Shown here piece by piece: positions 9,711 through 18,240 of a DNA stretch of 36,542 nucleotides. Below the pieces are notes generated by a model. The model was not told the DNA's origin and ran no database searches. It worked only from the letters and a program-made list of their open reading frames with translations. Position numbers and translations under genes: made by a program. Positions within the stretch are counted from its first letter, which is position 1; each line of letters starts with the position of its first letter. This DNA is from a virus (Duplodnaviria > Caudoviricetes). The DNA is taken from the IMG/VR virus record IMGVR_UViG_3300032212_000084, positions 1 through 36,542 of that record; one strand, written 5' to 3'.

Positions 9711-10385
9711 TTACGCCGCCTGCTCCGGCAATTCCACGCTTTCAGACATAAGAAGTCTAATATCTGTTTTAGAGCTTTGAGCCAATGCAGCCACTTCAGG
9801 CTTAACAGGAACGCCAAACTCAGGTGCAAGGTCTACAGCTAAGTTCATCTTCAAAGCGCGAACCCATGCCCCAGGTAAGGCGATAGTGTCTCCCACTACT
9901 GAGAGTGAAGAGAATTCTTTATACGACAGTAAGTAAAATGTTTCAGTCGCATTCGTCGTTTTATCAAAAAATATCTTTGAATGTGTTGCAGGTGTTGTGC
10001 TGTCTACTGGTTCAAAATAGAAGAACTCAGGACGACCAGCGGCCACACCTTTGGCGGGTAGCTTGGCATATTCTTTTGCAGTCAGCATATCCAAGTAATG
10101 ATCGATATTGTTTGCATCACGAATATAGACCGCTTCAATGTCTACGGGTTTAGGCGTGTTCCAATCACCCGATGTGCCGATAGTCCTATCATTAACCCCA
10201 GACAAGACCGAAAAGCTTTCTGTGATCTTATAAGGTTGAATCAGATCATCGTTAGACCATGAACCAAGAATTAGATTTAATGCTTCTAATGCATCTGCTT
10301 GTTGATCTGATGAAGGTGTTGCGCCCTGCGCCAATACGCCAAGCATTCGCATAGCGCTTTTAATAACTGAAAGTCCTGTTGCCAT
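9711..10385 (-). CDS. Head-tail adaptor (P22 gp4-like)
   Basis: IKSAMRMLGVLAQGATPS...DALEALN and ALKMNLAVDLAPEFG motifs. Confidence 0.75.
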   Translation of the reverse strand: MATGLSVIKSAMRMLGVLAQGATPSSDQQADALEALNLILGSWSNDDLIQPYKITESFSVLSGVNDRTIGTSGDWNTPKPVDIEAVYIRDANNIDHYLDMLTAKEYAKLPAKGVAAGRPEFFYFEPVDSTTPATHSKIFFDKTTNATETFYLLSYKEFSSLSVVGDTIALPGAWVRALKMNLAVDLAPEFGVPVKPEVAALAQSSKTDIRLLMSESVELPEQAA

Positions 10386-10386
10386 T

Positions 10387-10734
10387 TTAGAAATACTCCG
10401 CTGGAATTACTTCTGGTTGATAATCTTCATTAAGCCGTTGCAATAGCTTTCTGAACGCGCCGACATACTCCGCTTGATGCAAAGCAACTTTACTGTCAGG
10501 AAGATTGAATTCTCTTGCTAGGTCAGGCGCTACAATCGTTTTCATGATCATGGTTGCCCAATCTGGAACGTCATCATCAACGCCCCAGGTAACAAGCCCC
10601 TCTTCTTGAAGTTGCTCATAAACTGCTTCATAAATCGTTGTTGCCGTGGTTATGTCGCTAGTGGATGCAGTTTGCCCACGAGTAACTAGCCCTATGTTTC
10701 TTAGGGCTAGATTTATAAACTCTGATTTAGTCAT
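10387..10734 (-). CDS. Second, short head-tail adaptor-like protein
   Basis: INLALRNIGLVTRGQTAS...VAPDLAREF parallels the gp4-like motifs of the neighbour. Confidence 0.6.
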   Translation of the reverse strand: MTKSEFINLALRNIGLVTRGQTASTSDITTATTIYEAVYEQLQEEGLVTWGVDDDVPDWATMIMKTIVAPDLAREFNLPDSKVALHQAEYVGAFRKLLQRLNEDYQPEVIPAEYF

Positions 10735-10737
10735 TAC

Positions 10738-10953
10738 TTAAGCTTTCTCAAAGTGCGAATTGCCTTCGAACTTAGCGACTTTATCCGCTGGCACTTCTTG
10801 CGCTTCGCCGTTTAGTTCAAATTCAACGCCATAAAGACAAACTTCTTTTGGGTCATCTTCACCCGAACCAACAAAGACAAAGGCTTTTCTAGCTGCTGGA
10901 GTCTTTGTTTCCTTTGCAGCCGTTTTAGCTGCTGGAGTCTTTGTTTCTGCCAT
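10738..10953 (-). CDS. Small phage protein downstream of capsid
   Basis: GAGG RBS; duplicated ETKTPAA peptide (22-bp repeat at 10890-10911 and 10926-10947). Confidence 0.7.
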   Translation of the reverse strand: MAETKTPAAKTAAKETKTPAARKAFVFVGSGEDDPKEVCLYGVEFELNGEAQEVPADKVAKFEGNSHFEKA

Positions 10954-10976
10954 GATATTTCCTCTTGTGATTAAAC

Positions 10977-11001
10977 AAAAAAGGGACTCCGAAGAGTCCC
11001 T
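10977..11001 (-). terminator. Intrinsic terminator after the capsid gene
   Basis: Minus strand AGGGACTC-TTCG-GAGTCCCT followed by a T-run. Confidence 0.9.
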
Positions 11002-11009
11002 ATTTATAT

Positions 11010-12107
11010 TTATGCGTCTGCTACACCAGCAACGTAGATTGTAGAAACACCCCAGTCTTTAGCGTCAGAGCCGCTTTGACCGTATTGAAGTTTCTCAACG
11101 CCGCGAAGCTCCATGAAGCCAACACCGTTTTTGAAGCCATAATCATCTTCTTTACGAACGGTTGTCTTAGTACGCATTGCCCATGCAACACCTAACGCTT
11201 GAGCGCCACACATGAAACAAGGTGCAACGTCAATGCCTGCAGCACCAACAGCACTTAGCGTAGCCATTTCAGGAATTTCACGAACAATTACGCCATCCCA
11301 CTCAATGGAAGTAGGGCCAGAATAAAGCGGATTTGCTTTACCGCGACTCATGGCGTGTTCCCATTTGCCGTTTGCTTCCATCCAAGAGCGCAAATCTCTA
11401 AACGCTAGTGAAGGAACAAACATCACAAATGTTTCCATGTCTTCGCCGTACTGATGAGGGCGCATGCCGTCACCATTTACGGTAGTGGCTGTTTGCATTC
11501 GGCGTTTAGCAAGCGAAATAATATCGCCTGTTAATACGTCATTGGTTGCATCCACATTAGCCAGCGACAAACTGTGGTCATTAGAAGAGTTATTTGAAAC
11601 TGCAGCGCCAAATAAAGTGCGGTCTGCATTATCAACAAGCCATGCATCTTTTTGCGCTTCGGATGCTGAACCGTAAGCCACACCATTGATGGTATGTAGC
11701 GCATTGATTATTGCAGTACGCAAGTAACGCATTTGAAGATTCTTCAGCGCCACTTTACCCGCATTACGAATATCAATTGGTGAAGCTTGCTCTTCTTCCA
11801 CATTTACCACTGTGGCATCACGAACAACGCTAACACTGATTTGATGACCGTCATTAGGTAAGGCTTTCTCATTACCTACCAAGTCACTAGAACCATCGTT
11901 AGGACCGGCAGAATCATCTAAAGCGCCAACTAAAGGAATGGTAATCGCGTCACCTTTCTTTTTAGTTAGATCTTCTTTTAATTGGATGATAGCGTTTTCG
12001 TCATCACCCATATAACGTTTGAATCGATTAGAACGAACGTATTCAACGTGTTGGTCTGAGTCCCATTGCTTGACTCGGTTTGCTGTTGCTACTGTAGTAT
12101 CAGCCAT
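11010..12107 (-). CDS. Major capsid protein (N4-gp56/DUF4043-like)
   Basis: KKKGDAITIPL, LVGNEKAL, DGVIVRE and DDYGFKNGVG motifs; follows scaffold; strong terminator. Confidence 0.85.
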   Translation of the reverse strand: MADTTVATANRVKQWDSDQHVEYVRSNRFKRYMGDDENAIIQLKEDLTKKKGDAITIPLVGALDDSAGPNDGSSDLVGNEKALPNDGHQISVSVVRDATVVNVEEEQASPIDIRNAGKVALKNLQMRYLRTAIINALHTINGVAYGSASEAQKDAWLVDNADRTLFGAAVSNNSSNDHSLSLANVDATNDVLTGDIISLAKRRMQTATTVNGDGMRPHQYGEDMETFVMFVPSLAFRDLRSWMEANGKWEHAMSRGKANPLYSGPTSIEWDGVIVREIPEMATLSAVGAAGIDVAPCFMCGAQALGVAWAMRTKTTVRKEDDYGFKNGVGFMELRGVEKLQYGQSGSDAKDWGVSTIYVAGVADA

Positions 12108-12118
12108 TGGTTAATCCC

Positions 12119-12910
12119 CTATTTAAGAATTGACTTTAAACTGGGTGGCCCTGACCATTCAGGATTAGAATTGCCACCCGCTGCTCTTTCGGTGGACATG
12201 GAAGGTGGAAGATTTCCGGCTTGTTTAAGCGCTTCAGCTTTTGCTTCTTTAACAGCTTCTTCAACACGCTTGTCAGCTCTAGCTTTCTCTTCGGCACGTA
12301 TACTTGCTTCAAAATCTGCGGGGTCTCCAAACTCCTGCATTTTCAAAACTTTTTCACCGTGTCGATAAGCAAACTCTGCTGGGTCAACATCTGCCTTCAT
12401 TCGTTTAACAAGTGCAGGGTTGTTTTGCGCATCTTCAGCAAAGGCTTGAAGTTTGTTTTCATAATCAGCGTAACGCGAACGCGCTTGCGACTCTGAAAGA
12501 TCAAGCTTTACTCTCGTGATTTTGCTGTCAACAACTTCTTCTGGTGCTTCCCAAAAGTCTTTGCCTTGAGGTTCTTCACCTTGATTAAGTTGTTCACGTA
12601 GCCGTTGATTTTCTTGCTCAGCCTCCTGCAGCTTTGATTCTGCGTCTTGTCGTCTTCGACGCTCACCAATTGCCGTAGCTTCTAAGCCCTTCGAATGCTT
12701 GTCAGCATCATCTTCCGTTGTAGATGTAGTTTCTTCAGATTCCGGCGACGAATCAGTTTCGCCCGTGGCTTCGCTTGCTGTCGTTTCTGTTGTAGTGTCG
12801 GTTTCTGCTGATGCTGTTGTAGTTTCTTCACTACTTGCTTCAGTTTCTTCCGTAACTTCTTCAGTCGTTTCAGCGGCTATGCCGTCAAGAAATGTATCTA
12901 AGTCTGCCAT
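12119..12910 (-). CDS. Capsid scaffolding protein
   Basis: Acidic low-complexity N-terminus, ERRRRQ coiled coil, DPAEFAY; between portal and capsid. Confidence 0.8.
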   Translation of the reverse strand: MADLDTFLDGIAAETTEEVTEETEASSEETTTASAETDTTTETTASEATGETDSSPESEETTSTTEDDADKHSKGLEATAIGERRRRQDAESKLQEAEQENQRLREQLNQGEEPQGKDFWEAPEEVVDSKITRVKLDLSESQARSRYADYENKLQAFAEDAQNNPALVKRMKADVDPAEFAYRHGEKVLKMQEFGDPADFEASIRAEEKARADKRVEEAVKEAKAEALKQAGNLPPSMSTERAAGGNSNPEWSGPPSLKSILK

Positions 12911-12976
12911 GTCTTACCTCACTAAACGCCCGAACAGCGGCGACCTGAACGCCCGAAAAACTCCGGCGACGAGCAT

Positions 12977-13002
12977 AAAAAAAGGCCGCTCTTCGGCGAC
13001 CT
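12977..13002 (-). terminator. Terminator-like hairpin upstream of scaffold gene
   Basis: Minus strand GGTCGC-CGAAGA-GCGGCC followed by T7. Confidence 0.7.
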
Positions 13003-13029
13003 CTTTCTAAATTTGATTTGTTTATTCGT

Positions 13030-13362
13030 TTATTCATAGAGAACTGCAATCGTTGCAGATGTACCGCCTATTGTTGCGTGAACTCCATTACTCATCTGAA
13101 TAGGCTTTGGAAATGTGACCACATCGCCTTTTGTAACTGCCTTATCAAATAGCGCTGTCCCTGCTGCACCATCTTTAATGATTAAAGTTCCTGAAGTGGA
13201 TTCAGTGACAATAAAGCCATGAAATAAGCACTCAGAAGCAACGGCGCTACCTGTTGCACTTACAGCCGCATAGCTGCAACCAAGCGGCTCGATAATTTCA
13301 CTTTTCTGTGGGGTATTGCTATCAACCCCAGGTATTCTTTTTGACTTGCTCATGTTAACCAC
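13030..13362 (-). CDS. Hypothetical beta-rich virion protein (possible capsid decoration)
   Basis: 110 aa, overlaps portal stop codon. Confidence 0.55.
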   Translation of the reverse strand: MVNMSKSKRIPGVDSNTPQKSEIIEPLGCSYAAVSATGSAVASECLFHGFIVTESTSGTLIIKDGAAGTALFDKAVTKGDVVTFPKPIQMSNGVHATIGGTSATIAVLYE

Positions 13363-15133
13363 CTTGTACTAAGTATTGGATTTCTGCTTGATTGATCATT
13401 GCTTCACTTTCATCTTTGACGGCTTTAGCGTTTTTATTTCTTATTTCAGCTTCTTTGTCTGCCATATCTAGCTCGTGGTGCATTTGCTCCATCTGCCCCG
13501 CTTGCTGTTGTTGCTCCTGACTTCCTTTAATGCGTTCTATTAGTTGTTCCTTGTTGCGTAAGGATGTGAGTTCAACTACTGCGTCAATGGGTATTTCAGG
13601 ACGTTGCATTGCAATTTCAGATACCATTTGAAGTTGTTCTTGCTGAATGGTCACTGTGTCCGGCATATCGTCAATAATGATGTCTACATCTAACTCAGAA
13701 AGTTGATTTTGAATTTCTACAACTTGCTCAAGACGTGGATCACCTTCAAGCTCTGGCGGGATGCCGCCATGCTCTTCAATGATTTTGTCTTTTACTCTTA
13801 CTTTCTGATTAATACCCACCCACTTAAGATTTCGTTCGTCATCTGTGACGCGAATCCATTTTTCATCTTTCCAGAACTGGCGAACCATGTTCCAGATTGT
13901 GCGGTAAGTGCGAAGGTCGAGTGATCTTAAGCCGTCAAGGATAGGCCCGATTTCCGTTGTTCCCTGTTGTGATCTGGCTATTAAAGCGCGGCCTGACATG
14001 TTGCGCTCTTCCTTGCCGCTCATTGCTGCATTCACACCCACAGAATCTATTTCGTTCTTGGCTTCCTGCAATAAATTGAATTGGGCAATTTCCATATCAC
14101 CCGTTGGTATGATGCCAAAATCCTTTCCAAACTCGCCGTATTGAATTTCTACATGGCCATCTGGCTTATGTAGTTCACGTTTTAGTTCATTTGGCTCTGG
14201 AATAGCTTGTTTATTGCCATAGGTTTGGCGAGAGCTTGATTGATGCAGATACTTCGAACGGCGCTTATTGATTTCGTCTTGTGGGCCAATTAACTGTCTA
14301 ACACCACCATAGCGATTACCTTCTCTATCAACAAAAGCAGATTGGAATTCAAGGTTTGAAACTGGCTCACCATCTTCATCAAGAAAAGGACTTACTTTTG
14401 GTTCAATTAGATAGCCACCTTTAGTGAAGTAAGCAATATGCCATTTACCTTCATGCTGGAAGTTTATATAACAGATTTTTACACGCTTACGCTTACGATC
14501 ACCCCACTTAGTGCTGGGCTTATCAGCAAAAGTCTCTTCCATTGAATCATCATAGGAATTTTTAAGAATATCAGCCTTATCTTTTCCAAATTTATGTAAG
14601 GCTTTGTCTTCGTCCATCCAAATGACAATGCCTTTATAGATCGCGTCAGAGTAATCATCACGTCTTGAGTGTGGGTCATACCACATTCGGTCCCAATCAA
14701 TATCAATGACGGTTATTTCAAAACCTTTTTTACTGGGCGTGACGTTTATTTCATATCCACCAGTCCCTTCAATCTGCATATTCTTGTGAGTAGAGGAACG
14801 CTTTTGATCATAATTATTATTTTCGGTCACGTAACGGATTGAATCTGTAACAGACTCAGCATCTTTCTCGTGCATTGGTGTGCGTGGGTAGGCTTTCGGA
14901 TCAGTTCTAATTTGACGCTCAAGCCCTAATGTGAAATCAACCTTAGCTTTAATGCGATTGTAGACAATAGCTGGCTGTTTACGTTTAGCAAAAGTCGCCA
15001 ATTCGTCAGCCGTATATTGCTTATTATCGTAATAGTCGCGGTCACGCTCACACAATTTACGGTTATCACGAGTACAATCTTCAAAATCCTCGTAATAATC
15101 TATGAGTGTTTGTAATGCTATGCGGTTTTCCAA
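13355..15133 (-). CDS. Portal protein (P22-like)
   Basis: 592 aa after TerL; DRDYYDNKQ, YNRIKAKV, PQDEINKRRSK and SGRALIAR motifs. Confidence 0.9.
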   Translation of the reverse strand: MENRIALQTLIDYYEDFEDCTRDNRKLCERDRDYYDNKQYTADELATFAKRKQPAIVYNRIKAKVDFTLGLERQIRTDPKAYPRTPMHEKDAESVTDSIRYVTENNNYDQKRSSTHKNMQIEGTGGYEINVTPSKKGFEITVIDIDWDRMWYDPHSRRDDYSDAIYKGIVIWMDEDKALHKFGKDKADILKNSYDDSMEETFADKPSTKWGDRKRKRVKICYINFQHEGKWHIAYFTKGGYLIEPKVSPFLDEDGEPVSNLEFQSAFVDREGNRYGGVRQLIGPQDEINKRRSKYLHQSSSRQTYGNKQAIPEPNELKRELHKPDGHVEIQYGEFGKDFGIIPTGDMEIAQFNLLQEAKNEIDSVGVNAAMSGKEERNMSGRALIARSQQGTTEIGPILDGLRSLDLRTYRTIWNMVRQFWKDEKWIRVTDDERNLKWVGINQKVRVKDKIIEEHGGIPPELEGDPRLEQVVEIQNQLSELDVDIIIDDMPDTVTIQQEQLQMVSEIAMQRPEIPIDAVVELTSLRNKEQLIERIKGSQEQQQQAGQMEQMHHELDMADKEAEIRNKNAKAVKDESEAMINQAEIQYLVQGG

Positions 15134-16569
15134 TTGTCTATCTCATCATCGTCGGTTGCATAATCCCACTTGTCTTCATCAGTGGTTTCCTGTGGCCTAA
15201 TATAAGGCCGTGACATAGCCGCATAACGCCATTCGTCTGCAGCATGGTCTTCACTCTCAGTGTCAATGTCTTCAGGTTTTTTATCGTCGTGTTGTAAAGC
15301 AGGAATGGTTCTTATTGAGTCGTGGCAAGTGTTAAAGCAATAGAGCATTGGTCTATCGTCTTCACCCTTCATTCGATCTCTGAGCTGATCCCAGCCACCT
15401 ATATGGCCACTACTAGCAACTCGTTTATTGTCTGCAGGCTGGAAGATGACACCCTTCATGCGTTCAGCAATTGAAGGTCCACCATCCTCAGCAAATATTG
15501 CTGGGTCTGCTACGCTGTAATTGATTTTTTCTTGCTTGTCTTCGCGCTTCAGAATGCCTTTTGCTACTTCTTCAGCCGTGAGCTTTAAGCCAGTGTTTGG
15601 TTTATTGGGTTTGCATCCGTACCACTCGCGGTAACGAACCATTGCACCCTTTGGAATGCGCTTACCTTCATGAACAAAGTCTTCAGCAGCTAACGCCCAC
15701 CAGCCAACAGAGAATGGCCTTGCTGAACCCCAATCGAATGAACGAAACCTTGTCCAGTGTTTCGGAATTGTAAACGGTCGAATGACCATTGAAGGCGACC
15801 AGCAATCGAAGTAAGCACCCTCGATAATATTCCAGTCACCGTCTTCCATGGCACGAACAAGCGCTTCACTACCAAGCCCTCTTAATCTAGCTCGATAGGT
15901 TGGGTCATCCTGCTGCATACTCGGGTTATCGTCTAACCTAGCAGGAATGTACTGCCGCAACATGCCGCCTTCACTGTCCGGCATTTGGCGTATTTCCATA
16001 GGTTGGCAACCGTCAATAAATGAGTTTTTAACCCATTGATGACCAACGTTACCAGGGTTTGAACCTGCAACTATCTTAGGAAATTTACCTTTGTACTCAT
16101 CTGCTAGCTCAGGAAGTCCAACCGCACGAACACGACCGCGAAGGAATCTGTAAATTGTGTCGGTAAAATGTGTTAACTCATCTATCAGTAAGACGTGTAT
16201 CTCAGCGCCTTGATACTTAAAGCGGTCTTTCTCATCCTTACAGTGACAGAGATATATTTTCGAGCCATTCCAAAAACGAATTTCATCTTCAACAATATGG
16301 ATGAAACCCGCTTGCACCCATGGCGCTAATACAGCTCTAAACCCTTTCGGGCCTTCCATATGGTTTTTTATTAAGTCAGGCGATAAACGTCTGAATAAGT
16401 AAACCTGTAACCCTGGAATGGTTGAACACCAAAGGATTGCAGCCACACGCATCATGTGTGACTTACCACCACCAGCGGCACCACCGTATAAAAGCTCAGT
16501 GGCCACGGTGTTTAGTGCTTCGCCTTGTTTATTGTGGAGGTTTAGGTTTAGTTCCGCCGACTGTGACAT
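15118..16569 (-). CDS. terL: Terminase large subunit
   Basis: Walker A YGGAAGGGKS, Walker B LLIDELTHF, SNPG, nuclease DWG...EDHAADEWRY. Confidence 0.95.
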   Translation of the reverse strand: MSQSAELNLNLHNKQGEALNTVATELLYGGAAGGGKSHMMRVAAILWCSTIPGLQVYLFRRLSPDLIKNHMEGPKGFRAVLAPWVQAGFIHIVEDEIRFWNGSKIYLCHCKDEKDRFKYQGAEIHVLLIDELTHFTDTIYRFLRGRVRAVGLPELADEYKGKFPKIVAGSNPGNVGHQWVKNSFIDGCQPMEIRQMPDSEGGMLRQYIPARLDDNPSMQQDDPTYRARLRGLGSEALVRAMEDGDWNIIEGAYFDCWSPSMVIRPFTIPKHWTRFRSFDWGSARPFSVGWWALAAEDFVHEGKRIPKGAMVRYREWYGCKPNKPNTGLKLTAEEVAKGILKREDKQEKINYSVADPAIFAEDGGPSIAERMKGVIFQPADNKRVASSGHIGGWDQLRDRMKGEDDRPMLYCFNTCHDSIRTIPALQHDDKKPEDIDTESEDHAADEWRYAAMSRPYIRPQETTDEDKWDYATDDDEIDNWKTA

Positions 16570-16990
16570 TAAGTACTGGAATTAATGGAGTGCCGTTTTT
16601 ACCTGTGTGTTCGTGGTCTTGCTTGTCGCGCCAGTTCTCTTTATCTCTATTTTTTAGCCAAAATATGCAAGCCGTTGTATCAGGTGGATAATGCTTAGTG
16701 ATTTCAGTTTTAGTTATTTCACCCTGAAAATTAGAAATATGCGTATCTGGATGTGAGTATCCGGTGGCGCGTTTAAATAAACTATGAGCGACTAAAGCAT
16801 CAGCTTCTTGTTTACCCCTAGTCATTGCCGCCATTAATTCAGGATATGTTTTTTTCCAAACATTTAACGTTGATTTTGCTATCCCTAGAATATCGGCAAT
16901 CTGAACATCAGTTGCACCTAATAAACAGATTTTATAAACCTGTTCATCCATTGCTTTATCGTATTTTTTCTTTGCAGTCTTACCGGCCAT
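16529..16990 (-). CDS. terS: Terminase small subunit
   Basis: HTH (LGATDVQIADILGIAKSTLNVWKK) and PPDTTACIFWLKNR motif; upstream of terL. Confidence 0.9.
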   Translation of the reverse strand: MAGKTAKKKYDKAMDEQVYKICLLGATDVQIADILGIAKSTLNVWKKTYPELMAAMTRGKQEADALVAHSLFKRATGYSHPDTHISNFQGEITKTEITKHYPPDTTACIFWLKNRDKENWRDKQDHEHTGKNGTPLIPVLNVTVGGTKPKPPQ

Positions 16991-16992
16991 AA

Positions 16993-17274
16993 CTAAGCGC
17001 TCTTGTACTCAACGACATTTAAACGGGCTGTACGTGGTTCGATATCGCCATCCGATAAAGTCGGCGTGAAAGTTATTTGATAGCAACCTTCCTGTGTTGC
17101 AGTAACTTCAACTGTTGTTATGCCGCCGCTTACAGTCTCATTAGCCAACGTTATTCCAGAAACATCGACAGCAACGGCCACTGAGGAAATCGTTACACCT
17201 TCAGGCAACCAGCCAGCCCAGTTAAGCCCTAGCGTTCGTTCAGCGCCTTTTTGAAGTTTAGGAAAAGCTTTCAT
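16993..17274 (-). CDS. Fibre-tail adaptor-like small beta protein
   Basis: NWAGWLPEGVTISS...YQITFTPTLSDG..E.R pattern recalls a widespread phage fibre-adaptor family (from memory, not searched). Confidence 0.55.
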   Translation of the reverse strand: MKAFPKLQKGAERTLGLNWAGWLPEGVTISSVAVAVDVSGITLANETVSGGITTVEVTATQEGCYQITFTPTLSDGDIEPRTARLNVVEYKSA

Positions 17275-17726
17275 TAAGTAGAGACAGTAAAGATGCCTGA
17301 TGCAGACATTTGAACAGTTAAGTTATTACCATCTGTCGCGGTAACATCAGCAGGCGTGTTATCAAGTAACGAATAACAACAAAGCGGATCAGCAACAGGT
17401 GTTGTGACAGTATCGTCATAAATGACCGCAAATCTAGCCGTAATTGATCCGCCAGCAGCCGTCCATACTGCATCAGCGCTGTCAAAAGTTGTCGTGCCGC
17501 CCGAGCGATTCCAGGTTATAGATGTAAGCGTCACGCCGCCCGTAGTATAGCCATTGGCGTTAGCGTGTTCGTTTGTTAAAGCTGCCTTACCCGATGTGCT
17601 TAGTGTTGCCGCATTAGATGTAGATAAGAATAAAGCGCACTTAAAAGTATCAGCATCAAGGTCAATCGTTCCGTCCATTGAATATTCAGTGAACTCGTTA
17701 TAGAAGTCCCAAGCATTTGCAGCCAT
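17274..17726 (-). CDS. Fibre subunit-like virion protein
   Basis: IDLDADTFKCAL...NGYTTGG.TL...FDSAD..WT...ITARFAVIYD...GIF, a widespread phage structural family. Confidence 0.65.
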   Translation of the reverse strand: MAANAWDFYNEFTEYSMDGTIDLDADTFKCALFLSTSNAATLSTSGKAALTNEHANANGYTTGGVTLTSITWNRSGGTTTFDSADAVWTAAGGSITARFAVIYDDTVTTPVADPLCCYSLLDNTPADVTATDGNNLTVQMSASGIFTVST

Positions 17727-17978
17727 TTAATTGCCCTCCAAACTAACTTCGCCGGATGGAACTGTGATAACAGTACCTCCAATTCGCATCGGCTTGCCTG
17801 TTCTTATTTCCAGTTCCAACGCTCTTAGTGATACGTCGTACTCATCAAGTCGGACTTGAAGCGCTTTTAGTTTTTCACCTGCAGCCGTTGTCATCTTTCG
17901 CTTAATTCGTCCCGCAGAATATTTGATTGCCTCAACACGACGAATAGCACGTTGCTTTACAAAGTTTTCTGTACTCAT
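17727..17978 (-). CDS. Hypothetical protein ending in one fibre-repeat motif
   Basis: C-terminal ITVPSGEVSLEG matches the repeats of 18240-19931. Confidence 0.6.
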   Translation of the reverse strand: MSTENFVKQRAIRRVEAIKYSAGRIKRKMTTAAGEKLKALQVRLDEYDVSLRALELEIRTGKPMRIGGTVITVPSGEVSLEGN

Positions 17979-17979
17979 A

Positions 17980-18240
17980 TCAAATCCCGTTAAAATTTAA
18001 GTCTATTGTTGCGCCATGAAGAGTAATCTTCCCCTTTACCTTTACCCACTGGGGTTCACCCATAACTTTCAAAACTTTCTCAGGGTTGTCCTTATCCACC
18101 AAAACAAGGCCTAATAAAGCATGATCATTTTGAATCTCTAAAACTCGGGTTTGGAATAATCCGGTAACTGCTTTATTAAGTGAGATAACATTAGGCGCTA
18201 TCTCATGAGTCATGATCTCTTTAGCTTCTTTTGCTTGCAT
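17980..18240 (-). CDS. Hypothetical protein in fibre module
   Basis: Translationally coupled (TAATG) to upstream gene. Confidence 0.6.
   Translation of the reverse strand: MQAKEAKEIMTHEIAPNVISLNKAVTGLFQTRVLEIQNDHALLGLVLVDKDNPEKVLKVMGEPQWVKVKGKITLHGATIDLNFNGI

Noticed and set aside
10890-10947. 22-bp direct repeat as a regulatory site
   Set aside because: In-frame duplication encoding a low-complexity ETKTPAA peptide
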